DNA of 64,000 nt from Macrostomum hystrix (lineage: Eukaryota; Animalia; Platyhelminthes). A model generated the notes under the pieces. It saw nothing but the letters and a program-made list of their open reading frames with translations, did no database searches and was not told where the DNA came from. Of the stretch, positions 36,633 through 49,068 are shown in pieces. Location: positions 21,328,001 to 21,392,000 of the forward strand of contig CATNEN010000001.1 in NCBI GenBank assembly GCA_950097015.1, in the 5' to 3' direction. Every line of letters begins with the position of its first letter. Positions within the stretch are counted from its first letter, which is position 1. Both the position numbers and the translations under genes were made by a program.

Positions 36633-37391
36633 CTATTAGTTTTCAGTTAGTTTACTTAAATAAATGATTCTCTTTTTTGTACTCTTTCGCGAAATCTTCA
36701 CCTGCACAGAACGTGTGCTTTCTAATTAAAATTGCGAATGCTTTTAGCGCACGCTTTCTCCACTGTCATTAAGTTACACCTGGCCTAGCTGTTTTGTCTG
36801 CCTGTCCAATTTCCAAGGTCACGAAGAGTCATCAACCGACGTCGGAGAATTAAAAAGTAGAACACAGAAAGCATCAGTTTTAAGGCCAATGAAGAAAAAT
36901 TCTCGTCTTCATCGCTACTGGCTATTGCTGCTGATTAACAGGATGGGACCGGGATGCATATCCAGGAACTTACATTGCTGACTAATGAACACAGCGGCTT
37001 GGGGCGGTTGGCTCGCCGATGGCACAGATGGTACAGGGACTTCAAAATGAGTCTCCCTTCTCATTCCTCTCCCGCCGCATCCTTCGTGTGCCAGCTGATC
37101 TTAATTTTATAGCTAAGGCATCTCAACGTGCTCCGTGTAAGATTCGATGCGACATTCTAATCTCTCTGTCTGTCTCACTCAGAGCCAATCTAGACTACTC
37201 ATCTAACAAGTTCTTGCCCCCCCCTAGTGTCACCAACAGAGCAGTTTCATTCCAGTGCGAGCAATGAAATTAGTGCATAATTTGTCAATTTGCTGCGCAG
37301 ATAAATACAATATTTTGTTTTAGAACAAATGGTAATTTGCATTCTTGCTTATTTGCTTGAACAATTAGGTTACAATCGAATGTACTTTATA

Positions 37392-38095
37392 AAGATAGAT
37401 CATTAGGATTAGAAGATGAATCCGAGATAGATCACTAAGATTAGATCAGTGATAGATCACTGGGATTAGATCAGAGATAGATCACTGGGATTAGATCAGA
37501 GATAGATCACTGAGATTAGATCAGTGATAGATCACTGGGATTAAATCAGAGATAGATCACTGGGATTAGATCAGAGATAGAACATTGGGATTAGATCAGA
37601 GATAGATCACTGGGATTAGATCAGAGATAGATCACTGGGATTAGATCAGAGATAGATCACTGAGATTAGATCAGAGATAGATCACTGAGATTAGATCAGA
37701 GATAGATCACTGGGATTAGATCAGAGATAGATCACTGGGATTAGATCAGAGATAGATCACTGGGATTAAATCAGAGATAGATCACTGGGATTAAATCAGT
37801 GATAGATCACTGGGATTAGATCAGATATATATAATTGGGATTAGATCAGAGATAGATCACTGGGATTAGATCAGTGATAGATCACTGGGATTAGATCAGA
37901 GATAGATCACTGGGATTAGATCAGAGATAGATCACTGGGATTAGATCAGAGATAGATCACTGGGATTAGATCAGAGATAGATCATTGGGATTAGATCAGA
38001 GATAGATCACTGGGATTAGATCAGAGATAGAACATTGGGATTAGATTGGGATAGATCACTGGGATTAGATCAGAGATAGATCATTGGGATAAGAT
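37392..38095. repeat. 25-nt minisatellite
   Basis: Unit gatagatcactgggattagatcaga. Confidence 0.95.
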
Positions 38096-38499
38096 TACCG
38101 AGAGTTTAACAGGTTTTGACAGAATTGTCTGATTATTTATCGGATGCTGGAACAGGTTCAACGCTGAGTCCCATAATTTTCTCAACTTTCTTCATAAGCT
38201 CAGTGAACCAGCCTCATGATCTCTAGTTCCTGTTTTTCAGCCTCAGTTCTTGACGGCACAAATGCTCAAATTTTAGAAAATGTTACAGTTTTGTAACATT
38301 TTTCTTTGACTTAAAATTCTCTTTAACGCTTTGATGTCGTCTGAAGGGCAGAATTTAATTGAACTTGAAATCTAAATTCAAAAGGACAATTCGACTTTAG
38401 ACTTTTTTGGAACGAAATTTAACAAAATAATCCGAATCAAACTGAATTCAAGTTAAGCCATACGCTCGTAGTGTGCGAGCAGAATCTTCCATCTCATCC

Positions 38500-39342
38500 T
38501 CATTTATCCTTCTCATTTCTCATCTTCTTATCTGTCTATTTATAAACTGTCTTTCTCATCCCTCACATTCTCATCTCTCTCTTTCTCATCTCTCTTTCTC
38601 ATCTCTCTCTTTCTCGTCTCTCTTTCTCATCTCTCTCTTTCTCATCTCTCTTTCTCATCTCTCTCTTTCTCATCTCTCTCTTTCTCATCCCTCACATTCT
38701 CATCTCTCTCTTTCTCATCTCTCTTTCTCATCTCTCTCTTTCTCATCTCTCTCTTTCTTATGTCTCTTTCTCGTCTCTCTCTTTCTCATCTCTCTCTCAT
38801 CTCTCTTTCGCATCTCTCTCTTTCTCATCTCTTTCTTTCTTATCTCTCTTTCTCATCCGTCACATTCTCCTCTCTCTCTAATTCTCATCTCTAGTTCTCA
38901 TCTCTCTCTTTCTCATCTCTCTCTTTCTTATGTCTCTTTCTCGTCTCTCTCTTTCTCATCTCTCTCTCTCATCTCTCTTTCGCATCTCTCTCTCTTTCTC
39001 ATCTTTCTTTCTCATCTCTCTCTTTCTCATCTCTCTCTTTCTCATCTCTCTTTCTCATCTCTCTTTCTTATCTCTCTTTCTCATCTCTCTTTCTTATCTC
39101 TCTTTCTTATCTCTCTTTCTTATCTCTCTTTCTTATCTCTCTTTCTTATCTCTCTTTCTTATCTCTCTTTCTTATCTCTCTTTCTCGTCTCTCTCTTTCT
39201 CATCTCTCTATCTCATCTCTCTTTCGCATCTCTCTCTTTTCTCATCTCTTTTTTTCTAATCTTTCTCTCTTTATCCGTTTATCTCTCTGTCTCATTTCTC
39301 ATGTCCCTTTTTCTCATTTCTCACTTTCTCATTCTCTTTCTC
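38500..39342. repeat. Polypyrimidine low-complexity tract upstream of the nuclear receptor
   Basis: tctcatctctctctt-type degenerate repeats. Confidence 0.9.
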
Positions 39343-39548
39343 CTCGCATGCTCGGGCCGGCATGCTCCAGGCAGAGTTTGAGCTCCCTCTCGCAGCCAAG
39401 CTCGCTAGACGGACAGCCAATCAGAATGAATTGTTGGACTTATTTGCGATTGCGTGGGCAAGGGTCCTCGACAGAGCTCATCCTTCAATGTTAAATTGGG
39501 GTGGGCAGAATCAGCCATACTATTTGTAGCTCCCGAGGCAACTCACGG

Positions 39549-40632
39549 ATGCCCCCGAGGAAGAGCAGGAGGACAAGCAAACAAAAAGCATCAAAGACAG
39601 AAGCGGCAATGTCCTGCCACCCGATGCCACCGCAGCTACTGTCCCTGCCGCTGGCACCGCCAACTCCAGCGTCTTCACCGTCGAGCGTCATCGTTGGCAG
39701 CGGCAGTTCAGCGCCCTGCGCCATCTGCAAGTCCCTCGGCGCCTCCCTGCACTACGGCGTCCTCAGCTGCTCGGCCTGCATGAACTTCTTTAGGCGCACC
39801 GTGACGGAGAACCTGCAGTACCGCTGCCTGGAGGGCGGCAACTGCCAGTTGGCTGGCCCTGAGAACCGAACCAAATGCCGCCAGTGCCGCTGGGCCCGCT
39901 GCCTGCAAGCTGGCATGAGGCCCGAGGGTGTCAGCGTGCTGATGACTGCTCAGATGCCGCCGCCGCAGCCGCCACCGCTGCCGCCGTTGCCACTGTCGCC
40001 ACAGTCACAGTCTCTTCATCAGCAGCAGCAGCATCAGAATAATGCAAGGTGAGTTCGCACATGTTTCTCGAATGGATTGCTAGTCTATTGCTAGAGGCAA
40101 TTCTGCCCATTTCACTGACTCCTGAGCACACACACACAGATACTGTACGCAGGCATACGCTCACAAAGTTATACACAGGCAGATGAACACAGGCAGCGTA
40201 CACTTTACTGCGCCTTGAAGGTTGGCCCTCAAGGGCGTAAATTGCGCGACTGCGCCCCAAATGAATGTGGCCTCGCCGCGGAATCGAAGCAAACGCGTTA
40301 GACCGCTCTCTGCCACAAGGGTTCATTCCCGACTCCACTGTACATAACTCCTCATTGCTTCATTTCACCCGGCTGTTAAATGGGCACGAGCAGTAAGCTG
40401 GCGTGAGGTTGGGTGTGCCGTCCAACCAGTCCATGGACTGTACAGCTGCACTCACCCAGTGCGTGCCAGCGCACGATATCTGAATGCGAATCTGCAGTGT
40501 CCACATCCCTCCAGTAGCTATTATCAGTCTAGCCTCAGAATGGGTAATTAAAAACATCCGGCTTCATATTTCAGGGGTCCAACGGGTCTGACATCATTCG
40601 CTGGAGTCCTTCAAGTGTCAGCGTCTCGCAAT

Positions 40633-40666
<34 letters not shown>

Positions 40667-42041
40667 TAGATCAGCAGCTGTACTCCAATCCCTACCTGTA
40701 CCACCTGCGCAACATCGACATCCGCCTGCTGCAGCTGAGCTTCTCAGGCAGGCCGAAGGCGGCTGCCGGCGGCTGCGCGCCGCAGAACCGCGACGTCGAC
40801 GCCTGGCTGTGCCTGATCGAGGCGTTCGTCGGCGAGCTGATTCGCTGGTGCAAGGACCTATCCGGCTTCAGCGGCCTCCGCACGGCCGACCAGTCGTCGC
40901 TGATAAGAGCCAACGGCACCAAGCTGCTCTGCTTTCAAGTGGTCTGCAACTCGCTGCCATACCAGGGCTACCTGAGATTCTGCTCAAACCTCAGCCTGCA
41001 GCAGGTGCTCATTGCCGATTCGGCAGAAAATGAGGAAGATGGGAAATTCAAAGTTACGATTGAAGAGGATGGGAAGCAAAGATGAGAAGAGAGAAAGATT
41101 GGGTCGTTTGCCAGGACTGACGCAAATTAAGTGAATTGAGAAGGTGGGACAGACTGGAAACCAGAGAAGGTAAAATCAAAGAGGAAAATAGAATGAGAGA
41201 GAAGGAAACGGGAGAAGGAAAGGGGACAAGGAAAGGGGAGATGTAAAGGGGAGATGGAAAGGGGAGAAGGAAATCGGAGAAGGAAAGGGGAGAAGGAAAG
41301 CGGACAAGGAAAGCGGACAAGGAAAGGAGAGATGGAATGGGGAGATGAAAAGGGGAGAAGGAAAGCGGAGAAGGAAAGGGGAGAAGGAAAGCGGACAAGG
41401 AAAGGGGAGAAGGAAAGCGGAGAAGGAAAAGGGAGAAGGAAAGGGGACAATGGAAAGGGGAGATGGAAAGGGGACAAGGAAAGGGGAGAAGGAAAGCGGA
41501 AAAGGAAAGGGGAGAAGGAAAGGGGAGAAGGAAGGGGGAGAAGGAAAGGAGAGAAGGAAGGGGGAGAAGGAAAGGGAGGAAGGAAAGATTGAAATAGGAC
41601 AAGTATAGTACCTGAAAGGAAATGAATGAATCGAAGGTAGAAGAAGGCGAGTGAAAGAAGGGAAGCGTAAGAGCTCAAGATCCCAGAGACCAGTTGTCGA
41701 GCCCCGCCCGTCGCTCGTCCAACCAGGTGAACACCAACTTCTGCTCTCGCCGACTGTTCAAGAAGCTGGTGTCCCTGTGCCAGTACGCCACAGAGATGCG
41801 GCTGACCTACTCGGAGCTGCTGCTGCTCAGGCCGATTTTCCTGTTGGATCCGCCGGCGAATCTGCAGTGGGCCGGCCTGGGACAGATCCGCGACCTTCAG
41901 GCCGGCTTCCTGAACCAGCTGGCCAAGGTGTGCCCGAACCCGGCCAGGCGCGATCAGCTGTTCCTGCTGCACAGGGAGCTGACGGACTGCTGGAAGCTCA
42001 TTCTTGAACACCTGGAGCACATGCTGGCCAGCAGCGGATGA
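39549..42041 (+). CDS. Nuclear hormone receptor (C4 zinc-finger DBD plus LBD), divergent; exons 39549-40048, 40575-41004, 41727-42041
   Basis: DBD CAICKSLGASLHYGVLSCSACMNFFRRTVTENLQYRCLEGGNCQLAGPENRTKCRQCRWARCLQAGM; LBD signature WCKDLSGFSGLRTADQSSLIRAN; ELLLLRPIFLLDP; AF-2-like LILEHL. Intron phases (2, 0) are consistent; the second donor (gtgctc) is weak. Confidence 0.92.
40094..40316 (-). mobile_element. tRNA-derived SINE, internally deleted copy in nuclear receptor intron 1
   Basis: Aligns by eye to 58070-58358 with deletions. Confidence 0.8.
41190..41590. repeat. Polypurine low-complexity tract in nuclear receptor intron 2
   Basis: ggagaaggaaaggg-type units. Confidence 0.9.
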
Positions 42042-42214
42042 TGAGGAGTCTCTGCAGTCCTCAGCGGCCTGCCTTTACTGCGCCTGAAGTTCGTTTCGTC
42101 TTTGAAATATTTCTCGTTTTCCTGTCTGTTTTTTACTAGTAATTCTGCACTGCGTGGAGTGGCTGTCGGGGCGTTCAGAAAGCCGTTGAAAACTACCCTT
42201 CAAGCCATGCCTAG

Positions 42215-42678
42215 CTGAGGGATGAAGGATGAGGGGTTTCATCTGAAAGATGAGGGTTTCACCTGAAGGATGAGGGTTTCACCTGAAGGATGAGGGTTTC
42301 ACCTGAAGGATGAGGGGTTTCACCTGAAGGATGACGGGTTTCACCTGAAGGATGAGGGTTTCACCTGAAGGATGAGGGGTTTCACCTGAAGGATGAGGGT
42401 TTCACCTGAAGGATGAGGGTTTCACCTGAAGGATGAGGGTTTCACCTGAAGGATGAGGGGTTTCACCTGAAGGATGAGGGGTTTCACCTGAAGGATGAGG
42501 GTTTCACCTGAAGGATGAGGGTTTCACCTGAAGGATGAGGGGTTTCACCTGAAGGATGAGGGTTTCACCTGAAGGATGAGGGTTTCACCTGAAGGATGAG
42601 GGGTTTCACCTGAAGGATGAGGGGTTTCACCTGAAGGATGACGGGTTTCACCTGAAGGATGACGGGTTTCACCTGAAG
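42215..42678. repeat. 20/21-nt minisatellite
   Basis: Unit tgagggtttcacctgaagga. Confidence 0.95.
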
Positions 42679-45110
42679 TAATATTATTCTGCATAGCCTT
42701 AACCATTGCTTATTGAGTATGGCAATCAGATTACGGGTCTATCAGATTTCAATTTGGCTCCACATTTTTCATGCACTGTTTGATTATTAATTTTGGTCAT
42801 TCCTGCTTGTCGTGTATTTTCATTAAATTTGTAATTTCGCTTTCAAATGGAAAAAGCGTTTTGTGTAACAAAGTTTTTAGATGCCGTTTTAACCAGAATC
42901 TGTTAACCGTATCATGTGCTAACGTTACTGAATGTTAAGTTTCAGTGACACGTGTTCCATTATTTTTTGTCTCATTCGGTGTAATAAAAAGTTCCATAAA
43001 GTTAAATAATTTCATAACTTCATTTCGTTTTCAATTTCAATAGAGCTCGGTATTCTTTTTAACATGCACTGTAGGCAAAATAAAAAAGTGCCTAATTAAA
43101 TTGAAACAATTGATTAATTAGAAGATTAAACGGTTAATTAGCTCCGGTGTTATCGTTGAGTGCATGCATTCAATTCTGACAAGCAAGTCATATATAACAA
43201 ATCTAATTTTGCGACACCGGAAACCCCACCTACGGAATTAAAATTCAATTGCATTATCTTTACTAATTAAAAAAAGATATTAATCCTGCCTGCAAAACTG
43301 AAACAGCTAGAATGTATCAAATTAGCACTGCTCAGGAAATTAAGTTGCTGATCGAATGCTTTCAGACTGTGATATGTAGGAAATTTTATGTCAACTTCTT
43401 CATTAAAAATCATTTATTTTCTTGTTTCTTAAGCATTTAACACTCAAATAGTTTACTGTGTTAATTTCATTGATTTGTTAAAGTTTTATTGTTTAAAAGT
43501 TTTTGTTTGACTGAGTTAGAATTCAACAAGTAGTGTTGGAACTTTACTCAAGAAGGTATGTTTCTAGGTCATAGCACTTTCATGAGGCAGTTAATATTTA
43601 TGAGAAATATCTCAGATATCTCATAATAAATGGATTATAAACGGCAGCTGGGATAAATATGAATTTCTTTATTGATTAGATTTTTTCAATTGATGGCTTT
43701 TTTTACCTCGGGTATGGAAATTAGACCGCTGGTTCAGTTTTAATATCGTACCATAAAATCAAGGAAGCGTTAAAGTCACTTTTTTTGTACTTTTATAGTT
43801 ATTATAAAGTTTAATTTAGAATTTTGTGACTGTTTCCGATTTCTCAATAGCGTATAATTTTTTTTCAGTCGGGGATTTGTTTAAGCATCTTATCGGTTTC
43901 TGGCTTTTGCATCAATAAAAGCATTATGAATTTGTCGCAGACACGCCGTCTATTTGAGTCCTATCTATTTGAAAGTACAATATTGGCGAAAAAAATTGTA
44001 GTGTCACAATTAAACCCGACTTTTAATTAAAAATCTTTAAAAATGGATGGTTTTTGAAGTTCAGCAGAAGCACGTTATAATTACTCGCCCCATCGCGAGT
44101 AATATCGAGAAGTTGTTTAGGCGTCTACAAAGAGAAAAGAAAACAGAAAATTGAAAATTGATCAATCAAGAAAATTATTTTTGTTAAAATGCTGCACCTG
44201 ATGCCGCGTAAAACATAATCCTGGATTAGCTCTGTTGGACTGGAGGCTGATGTTTTGAAATTCTAGGCATGCTCAAACGGATTGCAAAATGCTTTGGCAA
44301 CCTCATTTTTTCTGCAACATAGACAATTAAGGCTCACCTGCATAGGTGTAGCCAATTTGTTCTATTCACCATTTCTTTAAATCGATGGGAATTGTCTGGG
44401 TCTCAGCTGAGCGGAGCACTAGAAATATTTCCTTTAATTTAGGATCGGGGATCCATGGGGAAATAGTAAATTGTATTTAGCAGTCCGTGCTGAGATTTAG
44501 TCTAGCCTTTATAAGTGGATGATGGAATCGAATGGATTGCTAGTCAAGCCTAGAAAAAATTGTTTTTATTCAGTGTATGCTCAAGATTTTAAAGCATTCA
44601 GCAGTCATACTTAAAACGCAATCTGTGGCTGCAGTGGTCTCAAAGATTTTAGCTCGTAGAAAATATAATTTAGCTGAAGCGTGACACCTTGAGCTCCAGT
44701 CGCTAGGTCAGCTGATGATGAGTGGCTGCTGCCTTTCTGAGAATTCAATCGTCGCCACTTCGTGTTTCACAGAACAATCTTATCGGAAACAAGACACGTT
44801 TTTCTTGCTACTAAAAAGCAAAGATTTGTAGTAACGGACTCAAAAACGGATTTTTTCGATATTTTTAACTCCTCCGGTCTTCCCTAAAAGGGAAGTATCT
44901 TTTTCAGCACCTGAGCTGCGTTGATCACAAACAATAAACCTCTTTGATTAACCGCTGTGCCAGATTTTCCTCAGTACTTTTGAACCATTGCTGAGCGTTT
45001 AAAATTGTTAACATTTTCCTGTTTTTAGAAACATGCAACTGCTTACTACAAGTAGACATTTCTAGAAATTTTTGCAAAACTGACAGTCAGTCAGACAGTC
45101 AGTCAGTCAG

Positions 45111-45668
45111 TCAGTCAGTCAGTCCTCTCAGTGTGAGCTGTCGCACGGTCAGCCGCAGCCGCTGTTCATATCGCCGGTCCTCAGAGGTGACGGTGGCGGC
45201 GCCTGCCGCAGTCGCTGAAGGCGCGGCTGGCTGGTCGACCCGTCGGCTGAGCTCCATGCGCACCTCCATGGCCGAGTCAGCGTCAAGGCGCACCCAGTCG
45301 CGAACTGACAGAGTCTGTTGAAGCGTCGGCTGTTGCAATGGTGGCGGCGGCAGTGGCTGCTGTGGCAGCGTCGGTGGCGGCGGAGGCTGCGGCGGCGTCT
45401 GCGGAGCAGGGTCCGCCTGTCTGTCCTCTCGTCGTCGGGCGCAGGGCAGGCCGGTGGAGAACAGGGGCAGTAGGAGGTCCCGGCCGTTGAGTCGCACTGC
45501 GGATTGTCGCATGTGGCCCGCGGATGAAGCGGCGGCGACTTGACGGTGCTGCATGGGTTCAGCTGATGACTTGTCGACTTTTTTAGCCTCATTGAAGCAC
45601 GGCTTGGATATGTTGATGGTAGTCACAGGCCTCTTAAATCCCGATTTAGTCATAAATAATGCATGCAA
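45111..45668 (-). CDS. Hypothetical Pro/Gln-rich protein (exon or single-exon gene)
   Basis: 185-codon GC-rich open frame with the same compositional style as the recognised genes, ending in a (CAGT)n microsatellite. No family recognised. Confidence 0.5.
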   Translation of the reverse strand: MHALFMTKSGFKRPVTTINISKPCFNEAKKVDKSSAEPMQHRQVAAASSAGHMRQSAVRLNGRDLLLPLFSTGLPCARRREDRQADPAPQTPPQPPPPPTLPQQPLPPPPLQQPTLQQTLSVRDWVRLDADSAMEVRMELSRRVDQPAAPSATAAGAATVTSEDRRYEQRLRLTVRQLTLRGLTD

Positions 45669-47097
45669 AGTTTCAGTGCTGCAAGCTGTTAAATGGGACT
45701 GACGGGAGCGGACTGTGTTTCTGAGTTGTGTTTCTTGATCGAGATATTTTATCTACAGACGATTTTTACCTGTGTTCTATTCGCCTAATAACTTTATACA
45801 AGCGGAGTCTTATCGCGGCAGTGTTACGTATGTTAGTTTGAAGTTTGAATAATATGATTTTGTGATAGAGCCAGGAGAAAAGTTAGACATTTTAAAAGTA
45901 CATTCAAGCAGTATGTTTCATGATCACTTCTACTTTTCCAAGATTCAATTCATATTCATACCAGCATTCAATTTTCGACATGAAAATATTCAAGTCAAAA
46001 CCGTAGCACCAAAAATTAAGTAAAGAAAAGGAAAATACTATAGAAGACAAAAGCAAAAGCAAGCATAGATTTCAACCCGAAAAATGCATTCCTGACGGAA
46101 CTCTGTAGCTATTGTATTGTTTCTTTCTTGATCTCGCTAATGTCAATGATAGGTGTAAATTTATACACACTTGATTTGGAGCTGGAATATTTGGTAATCA
46201 ACTTTTACTTTGAATAAATAATAAGGCTTTGAGAATTTGGAAAACATAATCGACTTAGAGATTACATTTTTGAGTTTGAATTTTGAGTAATTTAAATCCA
46301 GAACTTCTTATTCAGCTTCTGATTCGACGAGTGTTCCGCGCTAGTTGCTGTCAAGTGATTTGCCAACTCCTTCTATGCAAGCACGGGGAGCTCAACAGAG
46401 CCTTTGCTGGAGAAGATTCGATCAGGCCAAACCCTGTCCTCGTTTTGTTGACGTTTCCGTGTCTTCGGCTGTTGCTTCTTTGGTGATAGTGGACGGCTGC
46501 GTGCAGCATTTGGTTCTTCGGTTCGGTTCGGTTCTTCTCCTAACAATCTCTGCTGAGTGTTTATTCCTGAGAGTCCCTTGAAATCGGTCAGGGTGGCTTC
46601 TCGACCCTCTGGATGAGTTCGTGCATGCGATTTGCGAGACAGTTATAGGCCGGCTTGATGAGAATCCACTGCACTGGAGTGTAGCCAACCTGTGCTCCGT
46701 CTGACATATAACAGGGAAATTGTTTTCGGCACGCGGACCAACGTCGGAGAGTACGACTACAATTGTGCAACTGAAATTTTCATGAAATGAAATCTACTGT
46801 GCCTATGACCGACTTCATCTGGATGATCGCTACAGGTGAGAGAGTGAGAAACGCGGGTGGATTTCGAACTATTGCCTCCGCGAAGAAGAAATAAACTCAT
46901 GTGTTCGTTGCTGTCGTTAAAAGGATTGTATTACCAGCTTCGTTCAGAACTCAGATTATTTCAATTCACGAGACCCTAACCTTGGTTTAGTCAACATAGC
47001 CCCGGTGAGTCAACAGTTGCGAAGCGGAATTTTGTGGGTGTTATTTAATCAGCCACGCTGTCTCTAGTTTATAAATAGAAATGAAAAGATGACAGGG

Positions 47098-47266
47098 GAT
47101 GACACACGGGAGAGATGAGACACGGGAGAGATGAGACACGGGAGAGATGAGACACGGGAGAGATGAGACACGGGAGAGATGAGACACGGGAGAGATGAGA
47201 CACGGGAGAGATGAGACACGGGAGAGATGAGACACAGGAGAGATGAGACACGGGAGAGATGAGAGA
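47098..47266. repeat. 16-nt minisatellite
   Basis: Unit gagacacgggagagat. Confidence 0.9.
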
Positions 47267-48076
47267 CTGTTCTATTAATCAAATATAAATATTCGAGTGC
47301 GAATATTCACTGGAAGAGGTCGCTTACTATACAGACCAGGCTATTCCCATCTTTACCCCGTTAACACTGGTTAACTCTGTTTACCTTGTTACCCCTGTTG
47401 GACCTGCTTTACGTTCTATACGTTCTCAACGTTTTGCTCCATGTTCGATACAACCTGTACGAAATATAAGCGATTCCACTTCCTACCTCTTTCCCTGTTT
47501 CGCTATTCAATAAACCGAGTTCCTTAGTTATTTTCCTAATAGGAGTAAAACAGATAGATCCCTTTACCTCCCCAATCCTCTCCCATTGATCTCTCATTGG
47601 CCTTCTTCACCCAAATCCACCCTATTATATGACCCCTTTGAAACCCCAATATACCGCCCTAAAATCCCATCTAAAAGTCCATTTGAAATCTATCTGAAGT
47701 CCACCTAAGGTTCCAAATATATCCCCCTGAAGTCCCAAAACTCCACCTTTATCCCCCTAATGAAACTTAACTAATTCCGGACCCCATAGAGGAAAGTAAG
47801 TGAGAGTGCGAAGGTCGTTCACCAGGCAACTTCGATCCATCCTGATACGCCCCACGGACTGTGTGCCCCAGATCAGTGACCTTAGCCCTCGTGCCAGCAA
47901 CAGTCGATTCTCCCCCCATTGTTAGTAGCTAGTGTCTTGCCGCTCGGGCATTAGCGCTACCTTAGGTATAACCCGAACAGCGTCGAAAATACCTATTCTC
48001 ACCCTCATAACTTACGCTACCACCCCCCAAAATACTCAGCTCACCAATCCCAAATCCAACAAATAGAGAGAGAGAG

Positions 48077-48344
48077 CTGACTCCTGAGCACACACGCACA
48101 CAGATACTGTACGCAGGCACACGCTCACACAGGTGTGTACATCTGCCCTGACTTTTTCATCGTCAGGCAGTGTACACTCTCACTGTGCCTTGGAGGTTGG
48201 CCCTCAAGCGCGTAAATTGCACGACAAGCCACCAAGCCTTCTCTCCGCGGCTGCGCCCCAAATAAATGTGGCCTCGCCGTGGAATCGAACTTAGGGACCT
48301 TGGTGCGAGAGGCAAACGCGATAACCGCTCTGCCACCGACCCCC
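48077..48344 (-). mobile_element. tRNA-derived SINE
   Basis: Head GGGGGTCGGTGGCAGAGCGGTTATCGCG..GGTCCCTAAGTTCGATTCC with A box (TGGCAGAGCGG) and B box (GTTCGATTCC); near-identical to 58070-58358. Confidence 0.88.
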
Positions 48345-49068
48345 TATGATATTATGATATGATTATTTTTTGTGAGCAGAAAAAATATGCCTACATTTTT
48401 GCTTCTTTCAGACACTCCGACAATAGTCGTTGAATATCTCGACCATGCCGATGTTTTGTGATTCTGAAAGTTGCTTCGTCGGATAGAGGGGGACATTTCT
48501 GCGCTTGTATTGGATTTTCATGCCGATTGGTTGAATATATTTGGAGATGCAAAAATAGTTGCATCTTAACTTGTTAAATTTTAACTTGACTTACAATTGT
48601 GATATCATACTTACTACTTGTCACAGTAAGTAGTAACTTTTCTGCTCACGGATGTAGCTAATGTGTACTGATCACGCATAGTGTGATTGTACCCCGAGTA
48701 TCTCCCGGTACAAGCGAACTTCCGGTACTTTCATTAACACACCCCCGCACACCACACCCGCTTGGTCACTAGACATTTCTTTTGTCTCCATGCCATCTGC
48801 CATTCAAATACTATCATCTGCATAACCAGAATCCGTCAGAACAGAATCTCATGCTAAACCCAAGCCCTTCCGGACTAACGGGGGCCATTATTGCAGCCAC
48901 ACCCACCGCACACCTACCTCTCCATGGCAACCAATGCCAAGCAAGCCTTCCGCGCCAGCTTTAGTGGGATATTAACAACTAAAATCCCAATAGAGTTTTG
49001 TGTATTTCTGCTTGAGTTTGTAATTGAACTGAATTCTGGCTAAAAAAAGACAACAATTGCTTGTAGGA

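Noticed and set aside
33526-41608. Long ORFs in purine- or pyrimidine-rich tracts (33526-34374, 38473-39381, 41054-41608)
   Set aside because: Low-complexity sequence lacks stop codons by composition.
46283-48070. Possible exon (46770-46588, minus) and a C-rich block resembling a retroelement UTR
   Set aside because: No recognisable domain, terminal repeat or second copy in the window.
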